A stretch of 64,000 bases of DNA from the NCBI GenBank assembly GCA_964188305.1, contig OZ076896.1. One strand, 5' to 3'. Origin of the DNA: Podarcis bocagei. Lineage: Eukaryota. The first letter of the stretch is position 1. Each line of letters opens with the position of its first letter. Both the position numbers and the translations under genes were made by a program. This document shows, in pieces, positions 12,857 to 24,500 of the stretch. Below the pieces are notes generated by a model. That model did not search any database, was not told where the DNA came from, and was given only the letters and a program-made list of their open reading frames with translations.

Positions 12857-13369
12857 CAGTGTTTCCCAAACTTTTTTGGGCAACGGCACACCTGTTTACT
12901 GAAAAAAAATCTCGCGGCACACCACCATTAAAGCCCCGCCCCGTGACGTCAGCGCGCAGCGTCACGCCGGGAGGGACGCACGAAAGTGAAAGTTTTTTCC
13001 CTCCCCCCTCAGTCCCTCGCTCGGAATTCAGCTCGTTTGGGGCATCGCTCCGGCTGCTCCCTCTCCCGCCGCGCAGGAGCGATGCCTCTCTCTGGCTCTC
13101 CCTCCGCGCAGGCTGAGGGAGGGAGGAGGTGCGCGTGTGACCCGTCTCTGCTGGGAGACCAAACCCAGCGAGGCAGAGTCGCGCGGAGGCGCCCAGGCAG
13201 CGCTGCCGGCTGCGAGGAGGAGCGCCAGGCAGCAGCAGGCTTCTCCTCGCCGCCGCCGCCCCGCCTCTCGCCGCCCGACTCGCCCGCCTCCCTCCAGGCA
13301 TCTCGCGGCACACCAGCCAATGTCTCACGGCACACTCGTGTGCCGCGGAACACCGGTTGGGAAACACTG
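12857..13369. mobile_element. GC-rich hAT (Charlie-like) MITE B
   Basis: Perfect 13-bp TIR CAGTGTTTCCCAA, perfect 8-bp TSD ATCTAGAT (12849, 13370). Confidence 0.93.
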
Positions 13370-16300
13370 ATCTAGATCAACATTTTTTACAGACTGGCAG
13401 ATGCTCTCCATGAGTCAATACTACCTTGAAATGCAGGTGACGGAACCTGAGATCTTCTACATGCAAAGCAGATGTTATGGCCTTTACCACAAGGAGATCC
13501 GGGGGGCTGCTGCAAAATAGCTTTGCCTTGGGTTACCCCCCCCCCATTGCTAACAACTCTCTTGCTGACATGGCTGAACTCTGCAGGAAGTTGTCTTCAC
13601 AAAATAAAAGGGCATTCTGCCTCAAACATCTGGAATTAAGGGAGCGGCTTTCAGAGGAGATGCACAGCTTTATTTATTACATCTGCAAACCACCTTTCTT
13701 TGAAGGACCTCAAGCCAGTATGCATGACTCCTCATTTTTATTCTCAAAACAAACTTGTGAGGTCAGAAGTAAAGACAGAGTCAGCCAGTGAGATTCAAGG
13801 GTGAGTGTGGACTTCAGTCATGCTTCAGCACCCTTCAAGATACTAGTCATTCAACTTAAGACGGTTACGATATGGCAGTACCCCTTTTCCTATTATTTCT
13901 CCACTTTTGCTTTTGCAAGGGGCTCCTATGACACTGTCAGCAGGTGGTATCAGACAGGCCCTTCCAACTCACTTTTTTTCAGCCACACTCATTTACGTAT
14001 CTGCATATTTGGTGGCAGTGGCGTGTGTGTGTACTATTGCAGTCTATTGACAAAAATAAGGAAGTGGTATATTTCAGCATTTCCCCTTTTTTCTTTAAAT
14101 TTAATTTTGTTTTTTTAAAACAGGAAAACACATTGCAATATCCAGTTGCTGCACCCTAATAGCCATTTGCCATTTGCTATTCCATGTGTGCTTAGATTTA
14201 TGCCTACCTTCGTCTTTTTAAAGAGACGACTTATGCACCACCGTTACCTCTTTAAGAATTATGTTGCGTTCAGGTACTTTGTGCATTAGCATGCTAAGTC
14301 TAATTCACTCCTTAGCCTTGGCCTGATTTGAAGAAAAATAGGTCATGCTAAACTAAGAATAAGGATTAACATTAGGGAACTATGTTACCGTTTACACTAT
14401 CATCATGCCTACGGCAACTCTTGGCAATGAACAAGGACCTGCACATTTAAAAGTATTGCTTTTCATTGCTGGGGTATTGAAAACTGGCAGCTATGAACCT
14501 TATAATTCCTATATAGGAATTTAGAAATACTTGCAATGCTGTATTGTAACCTTGTTTACCTAAAGAATCCTTAGCAAATTCATTCTGCTTTATTTTAAAA
14601 ATTAGCTGATAGCAGAAAGAAGTTTCTAGAGGAGCAGTTCTTGTTTGCTACAGCAAAAACACTATTGTGGCATCTTTAAGACTTAACAAATTTATTATGG
14701 GGTTGGTTTTTGTGGACCCGTTCATCAGTTGCTTCAAGTACAATCCTAAATTGGCAGGCACACACATGCACGCACGCTCTCATACTGAGAAATAATCTAC
14801 CATAGGGCTAATCTAGAAGGAAAAAAATAACAGAACACCACTTCTTATTGCCTATCACTCCTAGGTGAAACCACTCAAACGTGTCATTAATGATCTACAG
14901 CCCACACCATACAATGCTGCTTACCTGCAGTGTGCCCTGGGGGGTTATTTCTAACAGAAAAGGCCCCCAAACTAAAATAGCTACTCTTCAGCATTAATGG
15001 GTCACATAGCAGGAAGACAGGGAGCAGGCCTTGCAACAAATCCAGATACAAACTTTGTTCCCATATCTCATGAAAGTCCTGTGTATGTAACAGTTGTATT
15101 AGCAGGCAGAGATTTAACATGCTAGGGGATACTGAGCCAGGTGAATTTTTGCTTGTTACACATCTTACAAAAAAGCCCCTGGATTTAATAGTGCTATCAG
15201 TCAGGATAACCTGTTTTGCTGTTTACAATTGGGCAGTAATTTCCACACACACACACCCATGAACAATGTACGTAGCACCATCCTGAATTAGCAAAGCTGT
15301 ATTTAGACATTTATATGTCCTGTGTAGGGTTATCTACCCCCCCCCCCCTTTTATGAGTCTCAGTGTTCTCTACTTGAAATGTGACTACGGAGATACAAAT
15401 GTGATGTAGTTTTATTTAGTAAATATTTCCATATGCAACACTCACCAGTGGGCATCAGACCCTACTTTTCCTCCTGTCTTCATGCATGAAGTGTTCAGCT
15501 GTATAGCAGGCAGAAGTTCAACATGCTGGACATTATACCTGTTGAATTTTTGCTTGTCACATGGTGGTAATTCAGAGACTAAAAACATAAGCTACCTGCC
15601 TGTACACCTGACCAAGTTTTTTAAAAAAACAACAGTGATATTGCATTGGGGTGATTGCTGCCTTTCCCTAGTGGCAGAATGGTCAGTCTGAAACCAACTC
15701 CCACCTTGTGGTAAAGGTAGAAAGTGCAACATAAAGAGTATTTTGGCCTCTGCAATATTGAAGAAGCAATACGACTACATTCCAGGGTTCAAAGGCTTCT
15801 CCAGTTACCCATTTATTCCATTTGCCACTGATTGCATGAAAGGTTGTATCCTAATATAAAAAAATAGCGCTGAATGTGTGGGGCGTTATATGCTCTTTAT
15901 GAGCAGTGAATTACATAGGCATGGTTTTGATATGTGGATTCTGTCAAATGGAAGATGAAGATTTAGATTTTTGTTTAACAATTATAGCTCTACCTGTGCA
16001 AATCTGAGCAAGTCAAGAGAACAGACAGCATAAAACAGCTTACTTAAAAAAAATTGTTTAGCAGAAACCTAAAAAAAGATAGTGAGCTCATTTTACCCTA
16101 ACATAGAAACTAATCAAAATCAGTGTGCGCACTTTAAAGATACATTGCCACAAAGGAAATAGGACAACACAAACACTATTATGCAATGCAGGGAGAATAA
16201 TTAATTTTATAATGGAATGATTTTAGAATGTTGTATTATTTTATTGTTGTTAGCCGCCCTGAGCCCGAACCAGTATGTTTCCATCTTCCTTATAATACAT

Positions 16301-16728
16301 ATTAGTAATAACAACAACGAATGAAACCGCCATGGAGACTGAACACCTGAACACCTTTGCCACTGGATACTGAGACACAATTTTCCAAGGAAGTTTTCAC
16401 CCTTATTTTAACTAGTAATCTGCATTTTCCTTACCACCATATAATACAAACAGTGCAAGTGCAGCATGGTGTAAGGTTGGCATAGAGCATTAATGGTTGT
16501 TGCAGTACTGCAGCAAGGTAGTGAATGAATGGTTGCTGTGTGAAATGGTAGTAATTAAAATGTACATCTTTCTCTGAGAAAAGTTCCACTTGGTCTGGAC
16601 CATCTCACTGATACTAGGAGCTATACAGTGGGGAGAAAAAGAGACCATAGGCTACTTGATTTCAATCAGCTGGTGAAGAAATTCAGATACTGAATTATTT
16701 TGACTAAAATATGCTACCAAAAATGTCA

Positions 16729-16768
<40 letters not shown>

Positions 16769-17812
16769 AATGTCTTAGACTTTTGTATTTCAAAATAGCC
16801 AGAGAACGATTTAGAGATATATGCAACGCATAAAACATCTGGCAATAGAAGGAAAAGGAAAAGGGGGGAAAAGAAAAGAAATATTCGAACATATGCACTG
16901 AAGGCCTTAGCTTTCTCCAAATAATTTAGATGGAAAGTTTCCCAAAACTAAAAAGGCAGGAAAAACATGAACATGTTTCAGTGGGTGTGAAAGCAAGGAG
17001 GGAATGGGAGATGAGTGGGAAAAGGCTTCTTCCAGCACTTTGGGTCACTAGAATTTTAAGCCTATAAGAGAAACATCTCAAAACCCACAGAAGGAAAAAG
17101 TACAGGAGGTCGGTCAGAATCTGTGAACAAGAAGTGGTTCAGAATCATTAGAAGCATAGCCTGTATCAAATGAAACATATTTTCCAACATAAGTTTTTTT
17201 GGGGGGACCTTGTTATTTGTGCATGAGGAAACCACTTTGGTTAGTTTGTTACCATTATAAGTGAACAAGCAAAACAGACATGTACATTAACTTAACACAC
17301 ATGCATTGACACATACACTTTACCTGTACTGATGTTAGTGGAAAAGTAAGGTATTCTACATATCCCTTAGTAACCATATCAAGGGCTATTTCTAGAGTAT
17401 TGCCTTTGTGGAGTACTGCTCAAATGCTAAACCATACTGACCATTTCTTTGAGTAAATGCTTTTTTTTGGGGGGGGGGGGACATCTGGGCTCCTACTATC
17501 AGTATAACAGCTACAGATGAAATATAGCCAGACATGTAAATTGCAGGTTTGTTTACCTATCACTACTTTTCTTTGTTAGTGTGCTTTTGCAGTTACACCC
17601 ATCTGTGTAAATGAATGCAGCACAATTAAAATATATACATATAACAATCACCTTTTTTTTTGCAGCAGTGATTGCAAGCTTTAAGTACATTTTATGGGCC
17701 CTTTCTTACAAAAAATAATAAAGAAAAAAGAGTAAATCAGCATTGATCTTAGAATTAGTATTTTGGACACAAAACCACATCAGTGGCGCTTATAAAAAGT
17801 CCTTGCTAGTAA

Positions 17813-18158
17813 TAAAGGTAAAGGGGCCCCTGACAATTAGGTCCAGTTGCAGATGACTCTGGGGTTGTGGCACTCATCTCGCTTTACTGGCCAAGGGAGC
17901 AGGCGTACAGCTTCCGGGTCATGTGGCCAGCATGACTAAGCTGCTTCTGGTGAACCAGAGCAGTGCACGGAAACGCTGTTTACCTTCCCGCCGGAGTGGT
18001 CCCTATTTATATACTTGCACTTTGATGTGCTTTCGAACCGCTAGTTTGGCAGGAGCAGGGACCAAGCAACGGGAGCTCACTCACAGGGATTCGAACCGCC
18101 GGCCTTCTGATCGGCAAGCCCTAGGCTCTGGTTTAATTCACAGTGCCACCTGCATCCC
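17813..18158 (-). mobile_element. Sauria SINE (Squam1)
   Basis: Reverse complement of the 6875 element; AAAGGT tail. Confidence 0.9.
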
Positions 18159-18169
18159 TACCTGATGAA

Positions 18170-18480
18170 TTTTTCTTCAACAGGGTGTTCCATAGACAAG
18201 GGGCCACCACTGAGGTCATTTCTCAGCATCTGGCAGGGGCAATCAGAAGAGGGCTTCCCTCAAGGATCTCAAAGCATGGCCAGGAACATACATGAAGAGG
18301 TGATTCTTCAAATACTGAGGCCCCAAGCCATGAAGGACTTTAAATGCCAAAGCCAGCACTTTGAATTGGGCTAGGAAATGTACTGGAAGCTAGAGAAGGT
18401 GATAAGAGTACTGGCATAATATGCTTGCATCAACATTCCCAGTCAGTAGCCTTTGCTGCCATATTCAGTACTTTTCCAGA
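18170..18480 (-). mobile_element. Old L2-like LINE fragment
   Basis: Degenerate similarity to the L2 fragments at 26760 and 61860. Confidence 0.5.
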
Positions 18481-18856
18481 CATTTTCAAAGCTCAGTGTG
18501 CAACACGTTATTGGGTGAAATTCAGTACTGTACAAGTGGAGTTCTTCTTCCTCACCTCCCTCCTGTAGTCTTCACGCCTCCCTTCAAATCTCCCAAGTTT
18601 TCCAAATCTCTGAAATAGATCTTTTGGGGTTACAGAGTAGGGTTGGGGTAAAGCGGGCGTGTGGAGAAGAAAGTGCAAGTGGAAATCCATTCTGCTTACA
18701 CATGGACACCACTGGATACAACCAATCATAGCAATCTAACAGGTGGTCACGCGGGCACAGAACACAAGGACATTTCCAACTCACCTTTCTCATGCAAAAT
18801 ATTAATGTGTCAGGCCTAAGTGTTTTCCAATATAAAGTGGTGCATGTCTACCGCAA

Positions 18857-18966
18857 TTTATTTTAAACACTTGTAGTTTATTAGAATGGAAAAGTAAAGT
18901 GAGAGTTAAGAATTTATTATAGAATACACAGAACAGACACTATCTGTTGCTATTGACTCTTTTATT
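18857..18966 (-). terminator. Probable PPIP5K2 polyadenylation region
   Basis: Four AATAAA hexamers on the minus strand (18857, 18877, 18913, 18961) at the end of an AT-rich, largely repeat-free 3' UTR-like stretch. Confidence 0.6.
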
Positions 18967-21537
18967 TAAGAGCAGATCAAAAATATGCCAAAGCTTTGGT
19001 TGTCTGGAATGATACGCACACTTAAATTATAACATTTTCTTATAGAAAAACAGTAAACATAACTTATACATTCAGAGGTGAGCAAGACAAACATTGTCCA
19101 TATTATAAACTTACATTATAGATAATGAAATGTTTGCAATGAGAAGTTAAGAATCTATTGTATATTTGGTATCTTAAACCATACTTAAGAATTTATCATA
19201 TGACCTCATATGAAATATGCACAGCAATGCAATGGCAAGCATAATTAGCAAATCCACTCTCATGGACAATTGCCAGGATGAGAATCAGCCTTTTTAAAAA
19301 ACACAGAAAACAACAACAATTATATTTGAAGGTAGGTCTCCTGGTATTTAACAGGAAAATATTGCTGTTGATGAGAATCACATTAATATTAATCCCTGGG
19401 TTGGACTCAGATTAATTAACAGAGTACACTCACTGAGAGATATAGAACAAGTTAGTTAAGCCTCATTGATTTCAGTGGGTCCAAACTGACTAAGCCTGGA
19501 CCCAATCCATTATATTTTATAATGAAAATAAAAGGCATTCAATTAATCATGTCACAAAGGAAATCTTAGGACAATTGACAAACCTGAATATGTTTTGAAA
19601 GAACACCCAGATTTCTCAAGATTTTCATAGCACTAATAAAATCTTCAGCTGTCTTTAACTAACAGCAGAGATGAGAAGGACAATGATGGGAACATTAGCT
19701 GTATTGGTTTATGTTCAAGTGTTCAGTGCTGAAACAGTAATTATGTAGATTTGGTAATGTTACAATTTCTTTTAATTTCAAAACTTGACAATATAATCTG
19801 CACATATAGAAAGTTCCCAGCATGGAATATTAACAGACCAGCTGTTTCAGCTTTGATGAAGCCCTGTAATCCACACGTGAACCATGCTTTAAGCAGTATT
19901 CTGCAGAAATCTCTTGAAGAAAGTCATCTTTGCAACAAAATAGAAGAGCATTTAGGAAAAGTGTAAACAGGAAATTACTTTTAGGAGAGGAGCTCATAAA
20001 GCACAGACACTAACAACCAAAGTATATTTGAATGTCAAGGGCCTGGTGTAAACATACAAAGAACAAGGAAATTAAAGGGCATGTCATCTGCACCCAGCAT
20101 ACCTATACCCAAACAAAAAAATGCTCTCTTTGGAAATGTATTTAAAAAAGAGATGCTCCCAGGTAAAGACTAAGTGTGCCAGGTGTCAGTTTAGGCAACA
20201 TACTAGTAATTAGCTCTTAATTCACAAATACAATACAATAGAGACCTTTAATCACCTAAGCAGTACCAGAATTGTTAACCTGTACCTCCATATGGCTGAA
20301 AGCAACAGGAAGGCAGAGATATTCGCAGAAGCCACATTTAAACTGGGGTAGGGATCAAAAAACAATATTTTGCACTCAGGTATAAGATTGAAATACTATC
20401 CCTGACTTTAGCCCATTTAAGCAGGACTACCATGGACAGGAGTCAAGACCAATGTCTTTTCCCCCCAGCACAGTTGCTGATGAAGGTGAGTTCCTTAAAT
20501 TTGGTAGTGGGCATATGCCAGGCCCTTCAGAACTGGAAGCAAAATATTTCCCTATAAAACAATGGTCTCTCGTGTTGCAGGTGTTTTTTGTTTTAATGTT
20601 TACTATTTCATCTGCCTTTAAGTTACTTGGAGCCTTGAGAAGTTCCAAAGAAGGTATTGTTCAGCCACTTCATATTACAGTTTTCTGCTGTTTTTCAAAA
20701 ACTGGAGTCAGGCTCCAATGAAAACTCTCTGTGAAATGAGTTTCTTCCTCATAAAATAACACAGCTTTCTTTCTAACAATGAACCTTTCTAATATTACAA
20801 TTATTATATTAGCACTTAAGTGGCTCAAAGTAATCTGACCTTTTATTTTTCAGGTAATGGTGTATGTACCTTCAAAGTATGAGGGCTTAAGTGCTTTTCA
20901 TTTATCATCCAGCTCCATTATGCATTTCTACCAGAGGGGAAAGAACCAACCACTGAGATGCTGTCACAGATTGACATTCATAAAGGCATCTGTTAAGCAG
21001 AGTCCTATTAATGTGCTTTGGTGATGAATAAGTTTTCATGTCCGGGCTTTAAGATCTACTGTAGGGCAAAAAGGAAATGGTGGCTTTTTCTACCCCTCTC
21101 CTATCTCCCTATTAGCTGCTCCTTTATAATGCAAACCAGTATGTTAGGCTGTTTTGGTTTGTGCGTTAATTTAGGACAACAAAGATGGTAAATGTCATGT
21201 GCAGTTTCTCTGTTAAAAGATAACCATTTCCTTAAAACAATGGTGTAAACATCTTTGCTTTTCATACTTTAGAAACAAATAAATCACCTTTCCTGAATAT
21301 ATACTATATATGCACTTCAGTAATTATTTTATATACAGGGAAACACATACTTACACAGAGAGAAATGATTAGCCTTTTAAAGCTAACTTATTTGTCTACA
21401 AAGAAATATACACTGCTAAAGATGGCATTGGCAGCACCTTCCAGTTTTGCTTGAATTGCTTCATTTCTTCTGAGACAGTTTAACCACCAGTGCTAAACAA
21501 GTATTGTTTTAACTCTTTTTTGGCATTTTATGATGTA

Positions 21538-21566
21538 TCAAACAGGAGGCGAAAAAACACTGGTAC
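21538..21566 (-). CDS. PPIP5K2: PPIP5K2 probable last coding exon (STSVFSPPV*)
   Basis: First good acceptor downstream of exon 30 (TCTGTTTTGCTTGTGTGCAG|GT), phase-compatible. Peptide is not homologous to the recalled human terminus, so the call is uncertain. Confidence 0.55.
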
Positions 21567-24500
21567 CTGCACACAAGCAAAACAGAATCATGTTTCTTAT
21601 GGTGAATAATAATAATAAAAAGACATGATCAAGACATTTTAGTGTCCGTTAGCTTCCAGGAGGAGAAACTTAAAACACTGAAACCAATACAACTTTGGCT
21701 ATGTCATGCCCAATATTACGATATCTCTGAAACTTGACAAAAATAAAATTAGAAGGATGGGAGCCCGGGGCAGCCTTTCCCTGGTCACTGTCTGAGGTGA
21801 ATGGGAAGCTGCTGCCTCCCCTCTGACGAAGCCTTACTGAAATCATGTGGTTGCAGGTTCCAGTGAGATCCTGTGAGAGATCCATGAGATCTCGCTGGAG
21901 CCCCCAAACCGCTTTTTGTCTAATGCATCATAATGAGACAGAAAAATAAGACCAATCCACACCAAAATGCTCTCAAATTTCTTAAAGTATAAAGCAAAAT
22001 GATTCTGAACAATCTCAGACGATTCTTGTTAATAATTAAGATGGATGTGAAAAGGTTTTTTTCAAGTATTACTTACTTGACATAGTCGAGGAACATTCTC
22101 GCCTACTCAAAGGGTCTTCTTGTGGCGTTGGTTGGATTTTTGCAGGGGTGTATGTATTTAAAGAGTTTTTTCTTGCATCCAGAAATGATGGCGAAGCTAA
22201 AAGGGTTAATAAAAGTTACAAAGCTATTTTATCTTATTCTTTCTCAAGTAACTGGATGTTGTCAATACTGAAGAAGCAGAGATTATATAAAGTATCAACA
22301 AAGGCTGTATTATTCTTTGAACAATTGCCTCTGAAAAGTGTGTACATTGTTTTTATGCAAATAGTACAGTGAACATATTATGCTCCAATATTACTCTTCA
22401 TCAACATGGATCTATAGGTTTTTGTCAACGTCATGTTTAAACTATTAAACAGTCATCTTTTTTGCTTCCAAGAAACCTATTTAGACAAACCTGAAAGCTG
22501 TCTCACTAACTGAAGTTGGCATGCATGCACAGAACATAGGTATCTGGCCAAATATGTATTTTGATATTTTTCTTATGTACTTCTTCTTTGTGTATGGCTT
22601 GCAGACTACTAAATTTAGCTATTGAAGAGTAGGATAATAAACTAGAGTAAGAAGGTCTAATACTGCCTGAATAAAGAACTTTTTCCTCAGAACATATTAT
22701 CTCTGAGTACTAGGTATAGATACCTAACTCAGCTTCTACTCACTTTTTTGACTTAGTGCATCAGGATTTGCTAATTTAAAAAATGTTATGCTTCTTTTTA
22801 CTGCTGTTTTCTACCACAAGGAACTTGTGAATTTTGTTTAAGTAAGAGGCAGGTCTGGAGAATTTTAAATTTACAAAATCAGACATTTTGTGTTCCTTCA
22901 TCCTAGCAGGTGTAACTTGAAACCTGCATTGCACCTTGGAATGTGAAATATATTAAGTCTGTTACCTCTTCCCATGCTCCGTCTTGAGACCAAGCACAAT
23001 GCAGGCTTCATGGCTTCAACACTAGGCCCATTTTTTGATCCTCTCACCTCTCGCTCTGCTTAAAATCTAGCCTGACAAAGAATTCTGGACAGCTCAAAAG
23101 CTTTCTCACTATTTTGTACTAGTTTGGATGCCCTAATAAAGGTATTGCCCTACTATGGAATTTGGGAAATTATTATTTACAGTTTGTTACAGAAATATCG
23201 AGAAATCTGCATGGCAGTGTTCGAGCGGAAAGAGAATAATGTGCTATAGGCATCATAGTGTTCAGGGTCCAATAAGCTACTTCAAGTATACAGAGAGGTA
23301 TGTGCCAAGCAGGATCTTCATTCCCCCACCTCAGCAACTCTATCTGAAGTTGCCTAAGTTTTTGAAACAAAGTTTCTAGCTTAGCTATGGGACATATGTG
23401 TGGAGTGGAGTGGTAGAATGGAAGCCCCACTTCTTTGGATCTTAGCAGTTTTTAATTGCACAAATAAGTGTTGTCATTATACAGAAATTTTGCACAGCAT
23501 ACATGCAGGGTATGTGTTATAGTCATATTGTGTGACTAATTTAAGTTAAATTGCATTCTCTTACACTTCCAAGGACAGACAAGAAGACAGCTGCAGTGTG
23601 GGTAGTGTGGTTATATGCCAATTCATGGGGAAAATGAGGAAATACTTATTTGATTAAATCTGAAACAGTTTATCAGTCCCACACCAGGAAACACTAAATC
23701 CTAGTATTCAATAGAATGCCTATGGCCAGCAGCGTTTTGCAGTTTGCGAAATAAAAGACATAAAAGGTAATTACGCAGAGAAAATGTGGATGCGGCTTGA
23801 AATCTGTCGTACAAAGGAGAGGCAGCAATGGAAGCAAGAAATTCATCCACCTGCTTTAATGACAAGGAGTTATGGAGGGTTTCTAGAGGGCAGATTGAAG
23901 GCACCATGGAATACAATTCAAAGCCTGAAAAAGAAAACACAGACACACACACACCACATATTTCCAACATAAAAGGAAGCAACTGAGCAATTATAATGGC
24001 AAAGGTATGTTCTGCAGAAGTATGCTTAACAGGCCAGAATACAAAGAGACCCGTGCATGCCATGTGCACCAAAGCACTTCTGAACCCAGTGCAACTCTCC
24101 AGATTTCTGCTCCTTTTGCACTGCATCAGAAGCAGCTCCAGAATGATTGCTTGACTTTCTGAAGGGAGTTTTCTCAGGTAGACACATGGCACATGCAGGC
24201 CTGCAGTGAGAAAGATGGAACCAAAAAGCCTCAAACATGATCCTGGCTCCATCCAAACACATGCAATCATACAGTAACACTTCAGATACTGAAACAATAT
24301 GGAGCTGGACTAAAGGGTGTCAGAATTTCCTATACAGGAAGCTCATGGTTCTGCATATACATAATATAAAAACATTTTTATTTAAATAAGTCTAAGGCAG
24401 CAATTTAACCACCACTTACACAGATGTAGACCTACTTATCCATTGTACTCTCCGATAACTCTAATCTAGGTTTTCATTCAATTTATAAATTTCTATATAA

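Noticed and set aside
12840-13375. Several ORFs of 77-175 aa
   Set aside because: They lie within a GC-rich MITE and show no transposase motifs
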